Assembly: GCA_050613775.1 (NCBI GenBank) | Contig: JBODTK010000159.1 | Coordinates: 124,001 to 188,000, forward strand | DNA: 64,000 nt | Direction: 5' to 3' | DNA from: Neocallimastix sp. 'constans' | Lineage: Eukaryota | Part shown: one piece after another, positions 63,777-64,000 of the stretch | Numbering within the stretch: the stretch's first letter is position 1 | How the letters are laid out: every line of letters starts with the position of its first letter | The notes under the pieces: generated by a model | What the model saw: the letters and a program-made list of their open reading frames with translations, nothing else | The model's database searches: none | Told to the model about the DNA's origin: nothing | Position numbers and translations under genes: made by a program

Positions 63777-64000
63777 ATGATAATATATTATCACTATAAA
63801 TAAAATAAAATACAAATTTTAATATTTAATACTATACTAATATCTAAATTTTACTAATATAAATACTAAAAGATCTTGTACTAATAATGTTAGTAAATGT
63901 AAAACAAAATTAGACATACATATTGATAATAATTCATAATTATTTCTTTATCATATTTTATAATATCAATTTAACATAATTAAGAGAATTATGTTAAAAT

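Overview
Extremely AT-rich, intron-containing eukaryotic DNA full of (AAT)n and poly-A/T tracts. Base composition, intron style and gene families (solute-binding-protein/class C GPCR fusions, plant-type LRR membrane proteins) suggest an anaerobic gut fungus (Neocallimastigomycota); this is an inference. Seven apparently intact genes were assembled by hand with in-frame GT-AG junctions: a RING + RRM protein, a PRL/PTP4A-type phosphatase, two paralogous SBP-class C GPCRs, an LRR receptor-like protein, eIF5, and a protein with four cNMP-binding domains plus F-box and LRRs. The most interesting unannotated signals are: (1) a Cys-rich 69-codon uORF in the leader of the PRL phosphatase, echoing the Mg2+-responsive uORF of vertebrate PRL mRNAs; (2) two poor-context uORFs in the eIF5 leader; (3) a decayed bacterial large serine recombinase island, probably horizontally acquired; (4) a decayed TFIIS-type zinc-ribbon gene among intronless relic ORFs, possibly a giant-virus remnant; (5) LINE relics and poly(A)-tailed modules, including a palindrome made of two LINE 3' ends. 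All protein-family calls come from motif recognition by eye, not database searches.
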